Shown: positions 1-10,130 of the stretch, piece by piece
Position numbering within the stretch: position 1 is the stretch's first letter
Layout of the letters: every line of letters begins with the position of its first letter
Origin: an uncultured delta proteobacterium
GTDB lineage: Bacteria; Desulfobacterota; Binatia; JACPRU01
Reading direction: 5' to 3'
DNA: 64,000 nt
NCBI GenBank assembly: GCA_963745025.1
Contig: CAVUWD010000011.1
Coordinates: 256,001 to 320,000 of the forward strand
Position numbers and translations under genes: made by a program
Notes under the pieces: generated by a model
What the model saw: the letters and a program-made list of their open reading frames with translations, nothing else
The model's database searches: none
What the model was told of the DNA's origin: nothing

Positions 1-160
1 CGTGTCGAAGCCCTCGGTGAACCAGCCGTAGATCTCGACGAGCATCTCCCGGGTTTCCTTATCCTTGCCCTGCGTCTGGAGCCGGCGAGCGAGGCTCGTC
101 GTTGCCCGGAGCTGCCAGGTCGTGACGCTTTGACGGCGGGCGACGGAAAAAGTAGCCTTG
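1..160 (-). pseudogene. C-terminal fragment of an adenylate-cyclase/AAA-ATPase/TPR ('predicted ATPase') protein, running off the window edge
   Basis: Manual translation ARRQSVTTWQLRATTSLARRLQTQGKDKETREMLVEIYGWFTEGFDT matches the typical 'LRAATSLARL...IYGWFTEGFDT' tail; no upstream body of the gene is visible. Confidence 0.7.
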
Positions 161-249
161 CTCGACGGTCAGGAGAGTATTTCTTGTTGCCTGGAACGGA
201 GGCACTTTCGCACATTGGCACGTGGGTGGAGGCCGTGCGAGATTCTGAT

Positions 250-1038
250 CTATTGGCCCCTGAGCCCCTCGCGATCGAGAAGACGGCCGTACCGCGACGC
301 ATACTTTAGAGCGCGACCACGGTTAGCGGCATAGGCCTCCTTCGCATCATGAGAGAACTGCTGCCAATAAAGATCTAGAAGGGCCGCGATCTCGCCCTTA
401 AAGTCGATCGAGCCTCGAATCTTTGGTTCCAGCTCTGCGATGGCGTCGGATTTGATCCGGTTGAGGCTCTTACCGAACACCCAGGCAAGTCCTGTGAGGA
501 TAGCTCCAATGATGGCCAGCTCTTCAATGTCGGCGAAGTCGTAGAAGAAGTCAGCTGCCGCAAGCAGGACCCCCGCATGAAGAAAATCCTCTCGGGCCAG
601 CTCATTGGGCGCCTCAATGCTCCGCGCTATCTCGCGAATCGGTGGTACATCTAGTTGAACAACGTGTCCTGGCGCATGACCAAGGATGACGCGTGCTATG
701 GCGTAGCCAATAACAGGACTGCTCGTGAGAGCGATCATGAATGCGCCTGGCGGGGCATCCGACCACAAGAGCGATGCTCCCCCGAGAGTCACAGCCGCCG
801 AGAAGGTGGAGGCCAGGAATGCGCTGTCTGATGTCAGGTGACGAAGCCGCAGGGTACGAACTTTCTGCAGGAAGGGAAAGTACATCTCCGTAGCGCGCTC
901 ATTGAGCCTAGAGGCAAGTATCTGAACATCAGCTTGTATCTCGGCATTTATTCCCGCGACAAAGCTCGCTACAACACTCTGAAGATCTTTCTTGAGCTTT
1001 TCCCGGATATCCGAGACCGATTCGTATGCTTGTTTGGA
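250..1038 (-). pseudogene. 5'-truncated hypothetical membrane protein, lower GC than its surroundings
   Basis: The frame of ORF 250..885 stays open upstream (AYESVSDIREKLKKDLQSVVASFVAG...) up to a TGA inside the IS481 end; several hydrophobic segments. Confidence 0.55.
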
Positions 1039-2110
1039 TCACTTTAGACTGGGACCCGTAGTGATGTCATCGCGGCGCGCGCCATCGGTTGGCGCTGGCT
1101 CCATGCCAGGGCTTCGCCACCCGATGGCGCTTGGAGCTCAATCGACACGCCCGGAAGCGCCGCAGAGAGTTTCTCGGCCGGGGTTCTACCGCCCAGCGCA
1201 GAAGAGAAGCGCTCGAAATTGTATGCGTGTTCCCAGTTCCCGAGGGCCGCGGCGGCCGTCTCGAAGTTGTCAAAGGAGCGATGGCCCCAGAATTCCTCGT
1301 GATCGATTCGATGACTCCGCTCGACCTTCCCGTTCTGTTGAGGACGTCGCGGTCGGATGTGTCGATGACGGATGCCTGCTTCCTGCACCGCAAGGGAAAA
1401 GGCGAGCGAGAATTCCGAGCCATTGTCGCTTTGGACCTTGCGAATCGGGAAGGGAAAGCCACGCTGGAGCTCGCCGAGGAAGTCGAGGCTCGAGGTTTGG
1501 TTGAGCCGCCGGTACAGACGCAGAACGCGGAAGCGGGAGTGATCGTCGATCGCCGTGTACTGAAACGCCTTGGCTTTCCCGACTCGCACGAACTTCACAT
1601 CGACCTGAACGCAGTCTCCCGGCTTCTCCCGTTCGAAGAGTTTGAGTTGTCGGGGCTGTCGCTTACGAACGCGCTGCAGTCGCGGAACTCCGATGTCCCG
1701 GAAGATGCGTTGAATCGTGGTGGTGGTCGTGCGGATCCGATGTACGCGCAGCAGCCACGTCCGGGTCCGTGAGGCCCCATACCGGAGCTCTCGCCGAGCA
1801 TGCTCGACGAGCGGCAAGATCTCCGGGGCCACGCGTCGCTTCTTCCGATCGGGATATTGCGGAATCAACCCATCAGGCCCCAGAGCGCGGAAACGATCGC
1901 GCCATTCACGAACGGTCTTTCGATCAAGCCGAAATCGGTGCGCGGTCGGCTTCAGGCCATGGAGCATCGCCTGTTCGATGATGACCATCCGTTCCCGAAC
2001 CTTCAGCCGATACCGCGCTCTCTTTGATGCCAGATCCTGATTCATCGGACCTCCCTCCGTCGGCGAACGGCATATTCGCCCGGTTGGGGTCCCGATCTAA
2101 AGTGGATACA
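1031..2110 (-). mobile_element. IS481-family insertion sequence
   Basis: Single transposase ORF with imperfect terminal inverted repeats: TGTTTGGATCACTTTAGACTGGGACCC (1031-1057) versus the reverse complement of 2087-2110, TGTATCCACTTTAGATCGGGACCC; TGT...ACA ends. Confidence 0.85.
1044..2045 (-). CDS. IS481-family DDE transposase (HTH + rve)
   Basis: N-terminal HTH (RKTVREWRDRF), VQVDVKFV, TAIDDHSR, VQSDNGSEF, PQQNGKVERSHR; 333 aa. Confidence 0.93.
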   Translation of the reverse strand: MNQDLASKRARYRLKVRERMVIIEQAMLHGLKPTAHRFRLDRKTVREWRDRFRALGPDGLIPQYPDRKKRRVAPEILPLVEHARRELRYGASRTRTWLLRVHRIRTTTTTIQRIFRDIGVPRLQRVRKRQPRQLKLFEREKPGDCVQVDVKFVRVGKAKAFQYTAIDDHSRFRVLRLYRRLNQTSSLDFLGELQRGFPFPIRKVQSDNGSEFSLAFSLAVQEAGIRHRHIRPRRPQQNGKVERSHRIDHEEFWGHRSFDNFETAAAALGNWEHAYNFERFSSALGGRTPAEKLSAALPGVSIELQAPSGGEALAWSQRQPMARAAMTSLRVPV

Positions 2111-2363
2111 TCAGGGCATCGCGGTAGATCACGTTATAGGGTGTCAGGTACACATTCTCTGGCGAGGTCAGCACGTCGACCACGTTGGGCCGATCAAACC
2201 TGCCACCGAAGTTCGCCGTTTCGAACAGACGTGTGCGACCGGAGTCATACGCCTCGGAAGCCATCAAGGATGGATACCAAGGTGCGTTACTGCCGTCTGC
2301 TGCCAGTGCGATGGTGGCCACCATCGACAGAGCTATCGACTGAGACAGTGCGAGTATGCGCAT
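2111..2363 (-). pseudogene. Secreted protein truncated by IS481; paralogue of the 4751..6471 gene
   Basis: GAGGAG RBS and signal peptide; PWYPSLMASEAYDSGRTRLFETANFGGRF versus PWYPSLQAFEHYDSGRSHVFSMAKFGGSF in the paralogue; reading frame runs into the IS end. Confidence 0.8.
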
Positions 2364-2382
2364 CGGTTCTCCTCGGCACAGC

Positions 2383-4644
2383 TTACGGGCCCGGCACGAC
2401 GAGCGGGAAGACGTACGTGGCGTCGCCCGTGCCACAGGGCACCCCGTGCTGGTCGATGGGGGGCAAGATCGAAGGAGGCGGACAGCCTGGAGCGGGAAAG
2501 TACATCCGTATCATCGGACGAATATCGGTATTGATGCTCGAATTGTTCCCGTAGACGTAGTTGTAGTAGGCGGTCGAAGGCGTCGGGATCCAGTTCTGTG
2601 GATACGCGCCAGTCGGCGGCGTGGGGATCCAGTTCTCTGGATCCGCTCCGGGAGGAGAAGGGGGACCCATCCAGATGGTGTAGGAGCCGTTGGCGTTTGG
2701 TTTCAAGAGCTTCGACGCGATTTGCTGCGATCCCAGCTGCGACACCGATTGGATCGGGCCCCACTGGAACGAGCCGCTCCCTGCGAGCAGGTCGACGACT
2801 GTACTGGGATCAGGTGCCCCGGAGTCCTGAATGGGCACAGTATTCCCCGACAGCAGCTGCTTCCAGACTCTGGCGATCTGAAATGTGATCGTGGAGTTCG
2901 TGCCATTCGTTCCCGGTGTGGGATTGGCGACGATGTAGTACGGCTTCCCCGGTAGGAGGCCGTAGGATTCCGCCGCGGATCCACTGAAGAACACGGGGGA
3001 GCTGGCCTTCATGACCGCCCACGTGGTGTTGACGGCCGTGATGGTGTCAGCAGTGGGGTCGACGGAAATCACGTCGAGATTCGCGTTCGAGTAGAACGTA
3101 TTCAGCGATGCGGTCTGCATGAGGAAGGGAGCCGCGGACTGCGAAGTGTCCGGCTGGTACACGTGCAGCGACCAGAAGCCACGATCATTGCCATTGATAT
3201 CCTGCGTGGACGGGGGAAGGTCGGTGAACGTGATCGTGTAGGTGTTGTTGCCGTCCAGCTGAACCGTCGAGGTGCCGATGGCGTTCGTCTGCGCGTACAC
3301 CGCGTCTGCGGCCAGGTTCGCCGAGCCTCCGGCCAGAACGATGGCGCCGCGAACTTCGTAGCCGCTCTCGTTGTTGGGGTACGTACCGACGTTCGCGTTT
3401 TCGTATTTCCAGAAGTTCGTCGATTGCCCCGGGCTCGTCGTGAGCTGAAGGTTGAGGATCTTGTTGCCGTCGAGGAGGCCGTCCTTCAGTGCATTCAGCT
3501 GCGCGGTTCCCCAGTTGAGCGGGACCGCATACCCGTTCTCCGTGAGCCCGAGTGGCCCGAACAACTCGAGGGTTGGTTGCTGACCGTCGGACGGATTCTC
3601 GTAGGGCGTGGCGTCCCCCGTGGCCCCGGCTTGCGGAGCGATCCACGCAGGGAGAAGCCCGAGCGGCGTGCCGGCCAGACCGACATCCGCGGTGGGCATC
3701 GGGCTGATCACGAGCGAGCATCCCGCCTGGAGGAAGAAGTCGACGGCGTCCGCCGGGGTGCAAGTGTTCCGGTCGCTGCACGGCTGTGTTTGCCAGCGCG
3801 CCGCTCGCTTGATCTGCTCCTTCGTGAACTTGTACTCGAAGCTCGACTGGTAGATCGGCTGGTTGCCGTTGTTCAGGTATTCGTCGAGAGTGTTCAGCGC
3901 GAACTTCTGGACGACGTCCTTGTAGACGTTCGCCGTCGAGTTCGGGGGGAAGGAGTTCGGTCCGCTGGAGGGAGCCAGTGTGTCGGCGCGAATGCGGATC
4001 AGCATCCAGTTCAGGTTCGTATCCGTCGGCAGGACGCGGAACTCCTTGCCGCGGATCGTGACTTTCGTTTCGTGCTGGTAGACCGACTGCGGTCCCGCGA
4101 TGAGATACGTCTGCGACTCAGGCGACGGTGTGGTGCGGGTACCGATACTGCCGACGGTGTTGATGAACCCGTCGAGGAAGTCCACGACGATATACTGTTC
4201 CTTCGCGGGATCCTGCGACGGATCCTCCGACGGCGGAACGGTCAAGACGAGGTCCGTTGTACCTCCTTCGGTCTGCTTACCTGAGAGATTGATCATCCCG
4301 TTGAGGTAGAGGACCGAAGCGTCGCCAGCGTTGGTGGCCGGGTTGTTCCAGGCGGCAACCTCCGTGATGCCACCGAGCTTGTTGACCGGCGCCGTCTTGA
4401 GGGTGTTGCGGTTGAGGAAGCGGTAGACGAATTCGGGCGCGAGCGCCCAGATGTAGGCTTGCGCCGCCAGCTGTCGGATCGCGACGGGATCCGTGAGCGA
4501 CGAGATCGCCCCCTGCCGGTGGTAGCACTGGTTGGCCTGAGGCTCCGGCTCGACGGTAGGCGGGACCGCCAAGACGACCTGGCCGTGGAAAGCGAGTGCC
4601 ACGCATACGATGAGCGCACTGGCAGTCAGCGCGTGCTTCTTCAT
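2383..4644 (-). CDS. Secreted DUF1254/DUF1214 domain protein
   Basis: GGAGG RBS, signal peptide MKKHALTASALIVCVALAF; DUF1214-type motifs LDGNNTYTITF, GFWSLHVY, NANGSYTIWMGP, ENWIPTP, MIRMYFP. Confidence 0.8.
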   Translation of the reverse strand: MKKHALTASALIVCVALAFHGQVVLAVPPTVEPEPQANQCYHRQGAISSLTDPVAIRQLAAQAYIWALAPEFVYRFLNRNTLKTAPVNKLGGITEVAAWNNPATNAGDASVLYLNGMINLSGKQTEGGTTDLVLTVPPSEDPSQDPAKEQYIVVDFLDGFINTVGSIGTRTTPSPESQTYLIAGPQSVYQHETKVTIRGKEFRVLPTDTNLNWMLIRIRADTLAPSSGPNSFPPNSTANVYKDVVQKFALNTLDEYLNNGNQPIYQSSFEYKFTKEQIKRAARWQTQPCSDRNTCTPADAVDFFLQAGCSLVISPMPTADVGLAGTPLGLLPAWIAPQAGATGDATPYENPSDGQQPTLELFGPLGLTENGYAVPLNWGTAQLNALKDGLLDGNKILNLQLTTSPGQSTNFWKYENANVGTYPNNESGYEVRGAIVLAGGSANLAADAVYAQTNAIGTSTVQLDGNNTYTITFTDLPPSTQDINGNDRGFWSLHVYQPDTSQSAAPFLMQTASLNTFYSNANLDVISVDPTADTITAVNTTWAVMKASSPVFFSGSAAESYGLLPGKPYYIVANPTPGTNGTNSTITFQIARVWKQLLSGNTVPIQDSGAPDPSTVVDLLAGSGSFQWGPIQSVSQLGSQQIASKLLKPNANGSYTIWMGPPSPPGADPENWIPTPPTGAYPQNWIPTPSTAYYNYVYGNNSSINTDIRPMIRMYFPAPGCPPPSILPPIDQHGVPCGTGDATYVFPLVVPGP

Positions 4645-4750
4645 GGTTCCTCCGGGCACCGGTCTCACCGGCCTGGTTTCGCGGCAGGGTCCGCGGCGTA
4701 GTCGGTCGCGCCGGGTCGCGGCTCATTCGAGGACCAGACGGTCGATCGGC

Positions 4751-6471
4751 CTATTTGGAATTGGGGAATGGCGTCACCTTGACCAACGTGCCCTCTGCTC
4801 CGGGGAAGAACACGCTTCCGTCGTAACCGGGCTGAACCGCGCTTCCCATGGTCATGAAGGGCACCTGATCGGAGCGTGCGAGCTCGCGACCCGTGGCGGC
4901 GTCGCGAAAGACGACCACGTCCGTCTGGTTGTCGCCGGGGATCTGGTCTACCGGGATGTCCGTGCCGACCCAGGTGCGGTTACCCTGCGGGCCGATGAGG
5001 GTGGCCCACTCGGTCGTCGTCTGAGTCTGCTTCCACACGGTCTTGATGCCCGAATCGGTGATCCTGAACGCCGCGACCTTGCGAGCCAGCGTCTCCACTC
5101 CGTAGAAGAGTCCGTTCTGCGGATCGACCTCGAGCGACATGCCGGCCCAGCTGATCGCCGGCGCGAACGCCTTGGCGAGCTCCGGCGGGATCGGATCGTT
5201 GAGATACGGCTGCAGGAAGAATTGACTTCGTGGCATCGTTCTGGTTGATCGCGAACACCGTAAGCGCCCCGGTAGCAGGAATGGAGTTCGTCGCGCCGAC
5301 GATCCAGTCATTCATGACGATCAACGAGCCGCCAGTCTGCTGATTGTCATAGGGAACGGCTGTGGGCGTCCAGTTGGTATCGAGCGAGAAGTGTCCGTGG
5401 TCCACGGAGTAGCGCACCGCGTTCGAGAGGTTCTCCAGCAGGTAAACGTAGTCGACGCCGTGGTACCGAGTGATCGTCGGCCGGGCGGAGCCGCGTGCCG
5501 GCAGAATGATGGTCTCGATGAACTGCATCGTTTCCGGGTCGACCGAGATCAGGTTGGACTGCGGAACGTTTCGGGCGTCTGGGGCAGTTGAGGAGCGCCG
5601 ACGGTCCGTTGAGCGTGCACCCGGCCACTCGGTACAGCGATTTCACCACGATCGTCCCGTCCGGGAGCGCGTTGATGCCGTTGTACGAGGTGTTGACCGC
5701 GTCATCGCGTCAGGGACTGGTCATAGGTCGGCCGGCGTGCTCGGGTAGTTGCAGCGCATGTAGACCGCGGTCGGCAGCACGAGCGTGTCGACGACCTTCC
5801 CGTCGGCCGGATCGACCTTGAAGATCCGGTAGCCGGACACCACGTAGATGTATGCCGTCGTTCTCGATCGCCATGGCGCCGGGGTAGTCCCATTCGCCGG
5901 CTTGCTGCGGCTGGCAGACCGGCGGGGCGCCGCAGCCTTGCTCGTATGTGCAAACCTGCTGCGTGCCGCACTCCTGCTCCGTGTTACGCAGTTGCGTGTA
6001 CCAGACCGGCTTCAGCGTCGTCGGGTCGACCTTCGCGACGAACGGGCCGATCGAGTTCTCGACGTCGCCGTAGCTGCCGCCCTGGATGAAGGCGTTCTTG
6101 TGGTCGAGGTAAGACATGTTGTAGCCGGACGGGTACGCGCCGTCGTCCGAGAAGACGAGGTCCACACGGTTCTTCCCGTTGAACGAGCCGCCGAACTTCG
6201 CCATCGAGAACACGTGCGAGCGGCCGGAGTCGTAGTGCTCGAACGCCTGCAGCGATGGGTACCACGGCGAGTTGGAGCTAGGAGGGATGTTGCCGGGCGA
6301 AGAATTCGTGGAGTTCGGCGGAGCGCCGAAAGCGACGCTCGCTAGCACCCCCGCGGCCGCGACGACAGCCAACGAAGTGCAGACGTGGAGATGGCCGCGG
6401 ATCCGAGCGAGCAGCGGATATCGCGGATGCATCGGGTCGGTGGCCGCTTCTAGATGGTCTTTGAGATCCAT
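4751..6471 (-). CDS. Secreted beta-rich (propeller-like) hypothetical protein, split by about 4 frameshifts
   Basis: ORF pieces 5710..6663, 5347..5649, 4980..5528 and 4751..5311 join into one coherent protein; signal-like segment and beta-strand-rich motifs. Confidence 0.65.
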
Positions 6472-7160
6472 TCCGCTTCCTTTCCCTTTTGCGACACACG
6501 CGCTGGCTCTTGCGAAACCAGCACACGACCATAGCGGGGCGCTGGAGAACGCCCACCAGCGCCGGGATCGTAACATGCTCGGGCGGACCGAGACATTCCT
6601 CCCCGTCTCTACGCCCTTTGGCTGGATTCGCTGATCTTCGCCGCAAGAACCTGCGACCCCCATTTTGACGCCCTTACTGAGAAAACTTGGAGAGAAGCGA
6701 TGCAGCCAGGAATCGACTACATCGTGTCGTTCTACTGATTTTTCTCGCCGTTCTCACTTCTCACCCTCCGCCGGCGCCGAGCGCCGCTTCAGGTACGTCT
6801 CGAGGTCTTCCACCGGCCGCGTGAAGCGATGGTCGATACCTCCATCGGTCGTCGCACGAATTTCATCACGCTCGTGCGGCGCCGTCGATACCAGGTGGGA
6901 CTGATTATCGCTGTGTGAGCCCGTCGAATACTCCGGGCGATGCCAGGAAGCGCTCTCGGCTTGGGCGGGGGAAGTGTCCATGGAGAGGCGCGCTCGCCCG
7001 GGGGCTCTCGGATTGCGCCTACATCTGGCCGGAAGGCTTGGCCTAACTGACGCGAACAGCTTCTTCGTTTTCCACGAGCCCCTTGCGTGGCAGAATCACG
7101 CGAAGACCACAGGCACGCCGCTAGAGGTGTTACCGGTTCGACATCGAAAGCCGCGAGCGG

Positions 7161-7190
7161 CGGATAGGCGGATAGGCGGGACAAGCGGCC
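7161..7190 (-). mobile_element. Putative oriIS end of an IS91/ISCR-like rolling-circle element
   Basis: Minus strand reads GGCCGCTTGTCCCGCCTATCCG, resembling the GC..TTG.....CCTAT(C/A)C oriIS pattern, about 200 nt downstream of an ISCR-type transposase tail; 8-bp tandem duplication CGGATAGG. Confidence 0.45.
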
Positions 7191-7384
7191 TGGTTGACGT
7201 AATCGCTCCATATCCGACGCCTGCCGAACTCACGAGAAACCCGTTTTTACGGCACGCATAAGGAACCTGTCCACCAAAATCACGGTGACGGCGCGCCGGC
7301 GGCCACCCCGCCCCCTCCCGCGTGGCCCGCGAGGCAGAGGGCAAAGAACACTCCGCCCTGGCCTGAGCTTCGCTTGGCTGACTC

Positions 7385-7590
7385 TCAACCGGCGCCGAAG
7401 TCGAAGAACCCCGCCGTCTCCGGAGGCGGCCGCGCGGCCGCAGGCCGCGGGCACTCGGTAGCGATACCGAGGTGAGAGAGGATCTTCCTGATCACCGCCG
7501 GATCCTCGATGGTGGCGAGTAGACGCAGCCGCCCGCCGCACTCGGGGCAGGAAAGAACGTCGATCTCCGCCGTGGCATGCATCATGCGTC
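7385..7590 (-). pseudogene. C-terminal remnant of an ISCR/IS91-type HUH transposase
   Basis: IDVLSCPECGGRLRLLATIEDPAVIRKILSHLGI is the characteristic tail; the catalytic HUH/Y region is absent. Confidence 0.75.
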
Positions 7591-7743
7591 GATCGAGGTG
7601 GGGTCGAGCTCGGCGCAAAAAAAGAAAGGGCAGGAGCGGCAGCGAGCCGGAGGCACTGGAGCCTCGGGGCTGCTGCCGCTGAAGGGCGGGAACAACGCGT
7701 AGGGATGGACTACGGGGGATGAAGAGAAAACTGCCGATGCTAC

Positions 7744-8320
7744 TCACGCGGGCAGCGCGATCTCCCGGGACCGCTCGAGCCTGCTGATCGTCTTGCTTCG
7801 CCGCCGATCCGACACGCGGGCGTAGACGAGGCTCGACTCGATGTTTCGATGACCGAGGTGGTCCTGAACGAAGTCGATCGGCTCGCCTGCGTCGAGAAGG
7901 TGGGTCGCGCAGCTGTGCCTGAGACAATGCACGTGCCTCCGATTCGGCGGGAGATCGGCGGCGGTGGCGTAGCGGGTGAAGAGGGCCTGTATCCAGCGCT
8001 TCGAGAGCCGGCCCTGTCTGACCGACGAAGAGCGCCGCATTGTCATCGGTCCGGGTACGGAGGTATCGCCGGAGAATCGCCACGAGACGCCGAAAGAGCG
8101 GCTTCTCTCCAGAGTAGCCGTTCTTCACACGCCAGACGCGGATCGTGCGGCGTTCGAAGTCGAGGTCCTCTCGCTGAAGCAGGCAAGCCTCGGAGACTCT
8201 GAGGCCGTAGAGGTAGATCGTCGTGAAGAGCGCTTTATCTCGAGGGTTCCTGATGACCGAGAAGAACGCTCGGACCTGGTCTTGGCGGAGGTACCTCGGG
8301 AGGTTCCACTTCACGATCAT
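7744..8320 (-). CDS. Small tyrosine recombinase (about 190 aa, catalytic domain only, FimB/FimE-sized) with one frameshift near 8010
   Basis: GGAGG RBS; YGLRVSE, RVKNG, HCLRHS, LGHRNIESSLVY give the complete R-K-H-R-H-Y set across two frames. Confidence 0.88.
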
Positions 8321-8329
8321 GAACCGCCT

Positions 8330-8798
8330 CCCTTCTTCGATAGAAGGAGGCCCTGCGGTCGGGAGTCTCCGCGGTGGCTGGAGCGCCCCCTGCGGTCCCG
8401 TAAGCGCCGGCGTCTCCTTCGGCGGCAGGAAGCTGCGCAGCACGAGTGTCTGCGGAAGGGCCGTGCGCGGCGGCGCGGGCGGCAATGACTTCGGCTTTTC
8501 TGGCAGGCGCTGCGGCGGCAGCGGCTGGAGCTCGGCGTCCGGGATCTCCTCGAGGTCGGCGTCGCAGCGCGTCGTCCTCAAGATCCGCCCCGCCTCGTCG
8601 TCGATCTTCATCTTCTGGCAGACGTAGATCCAGGTATCGACCAGGTCGACCTGAGCCCAGTAGCGGTCGGCCACCTGGTAGAGCTCGTTCGAGACGATCT
8701 GGACGACGAGATCCCCGACTGCGAACCGGGGCGGCTCAGCACGAGCCACGCCATTCCGCGACGACCCGTCCCGTGGGATCGTCGATCCGATAGGACAT
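8330..8798 (-). CDS. Hypothetical protein with an SH3/KOW-like start (RFAVGDLVVQ) and Pro-rich tail; frameshifted, 3' end uncertain
   Basis: AGGAGG RBS before the ATG at 8798; protein-like sequence continues in the 7385..9181 frame. Confidence 0.5.
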
Positions 8799-8820
8799 AG
8801 GAACCTCCTGTCGTTTTTCT

Positions 8821-10073
8821 CTAAGAGCCTCATCGGCATCACGACGAACTTCAGGCTCTCGTCCGCGGACTCGATGACCATCGGCGACACGTCGTCCTCG
8901 AGCTGGATGACGACCCGCTCCTCCTTGATGAAGCGGAGCGCGTCGAGCAGGTAGTTCGCGTTCAGGCCGATCGAGACCTCGCCGGAGGCCCCGAAGCACG
9001 GCAGCGCCCGGGTGAACTCGCCGAGGTCGGGATGCTGCTTGGAGAGCGTCAGCTTGTCGTCCTTCACCTCGAGCTTCACGCCCTTGGCTTTGTCGGTCGA
9101 GAACGGCAGCGAGGAGCTTAGCGCCTCCATGAAGGCTCTACGGTCGACCACGATGTGGTGCTTGCGCTTCTTGGGGATCACCTGGTCGTAGTCGGGGAAC
9201 GTGCCCTCGACGTAGCGCGACGTGAGCTCGTAGTTGGCGATCCGGAAGGAGCAGCCGTTCTCGTGGAAGTGGCCGACGATCGGCGCTCTTGGTCGCCGCG
9301 GCGATGTCGTCGACGAGCTCGACGACCTTCCTCGGGATCAGGAAGTCGCCTTCGATGGTCGCTCCCGGGATCCTCATCACATGAAGCCGGTGCCCATCGG
9401 TCGCCACCGCCAGGTTCTTGCAGAAGCGAAGGTAGACGCCGCTCATGTTGATCCGCGTCTCGTCGACACTGACTGCGGGCAGCACCGGCTCGAGGCTCGG
9501 GAGCTCGGCGATCTTGGCCGGGCCCTTCATCCGGTCCTTGAAGCCTGACAGCTCCGGGAACTCCTTCGCGTCGTGGCCGATGACGACCGCGTCGTCGATG
9601 ACGACGTTGAAGGGAGCCTTCTCGTGGTTGGCGCTCCGGATCGCGACTCCCGGGGACTGTCCGCGCTTTACGCAGTCATACAGGAGCTTCGCGGGAATCG
9701 ACGCGGCCAGGGGCTTCACCTCCGGGATGAAGACCCGGAGCGCGATGTCGAGGTCCGTGGCGAGCAGCACGCCGTTGTCGAAAAGGACGTCCGCGAGAAT
9801 CGCGATCGTGTTCTGTTTCGCCGCGACGCGGGCTAGGAACTTGAGCGCCAGGGCGAGCGGCTTCCGCGGGATCTCGCCGGCGGCGAGCGCGGGAGGAGCG
9901 GCCCTTTCCGCCTTGGCGGGCACGCTGCGCTTCGGCTTGACGAGCGGCGACGGGCCGAGACGTGCGCCGCTGACGGCTGGTGCCGGCGTCTCGGTGACCG
10001 TCGCCGGCGGCAGAGAAGGCTCTGCGGTTGCCACCGCGGACTCGCCGCGGGTGGCGGGTAGGTTGTCGGACAT
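8821..10073 (-). CDS. dnaN: DNA polymerase III beta-subunit (sliding clamp) homologue in the mobile island; frameshifted near 9285 and at the stop
   Basis: LATDLDIAL, EFPEL, DETRINMSGVY, VATDGHRL, EGTFPDYDQVIP, IGLNANYLLDAL, VVMPMRL; no dnaA/recF/gyrB neighbours. Confidence 0.9.
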
Positions 10074-10097
10074 GGGCACTCCCTTGATTTTGAGGTT

Positions 10098-10126
10098 GAG
10101 TGCCGAGTGGAGAGCACTCGGCACTG
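10098..10126. repeat. Perfect 11-bp-stem hairpin upstream of the clamp gene
   Basis: AGTGCCGAGTG-GAGAG-CACTCGGCACT. Confidence 0.7.
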
Positions 10127-10130
10127 AGAC

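Noticed and set aside
6754-6981. Possible response-regulator receiver remnant (GIDHRFTRPV)
   Set aside because: Too short and degenerate to support a call.
7385-9181. 598-aa ORF that looks like a clamp-integrase-transposase fusion
   Set aside because: It strings together four genes; internal RBSs and a near-stop after VMPMRL indicate an indel artefact.
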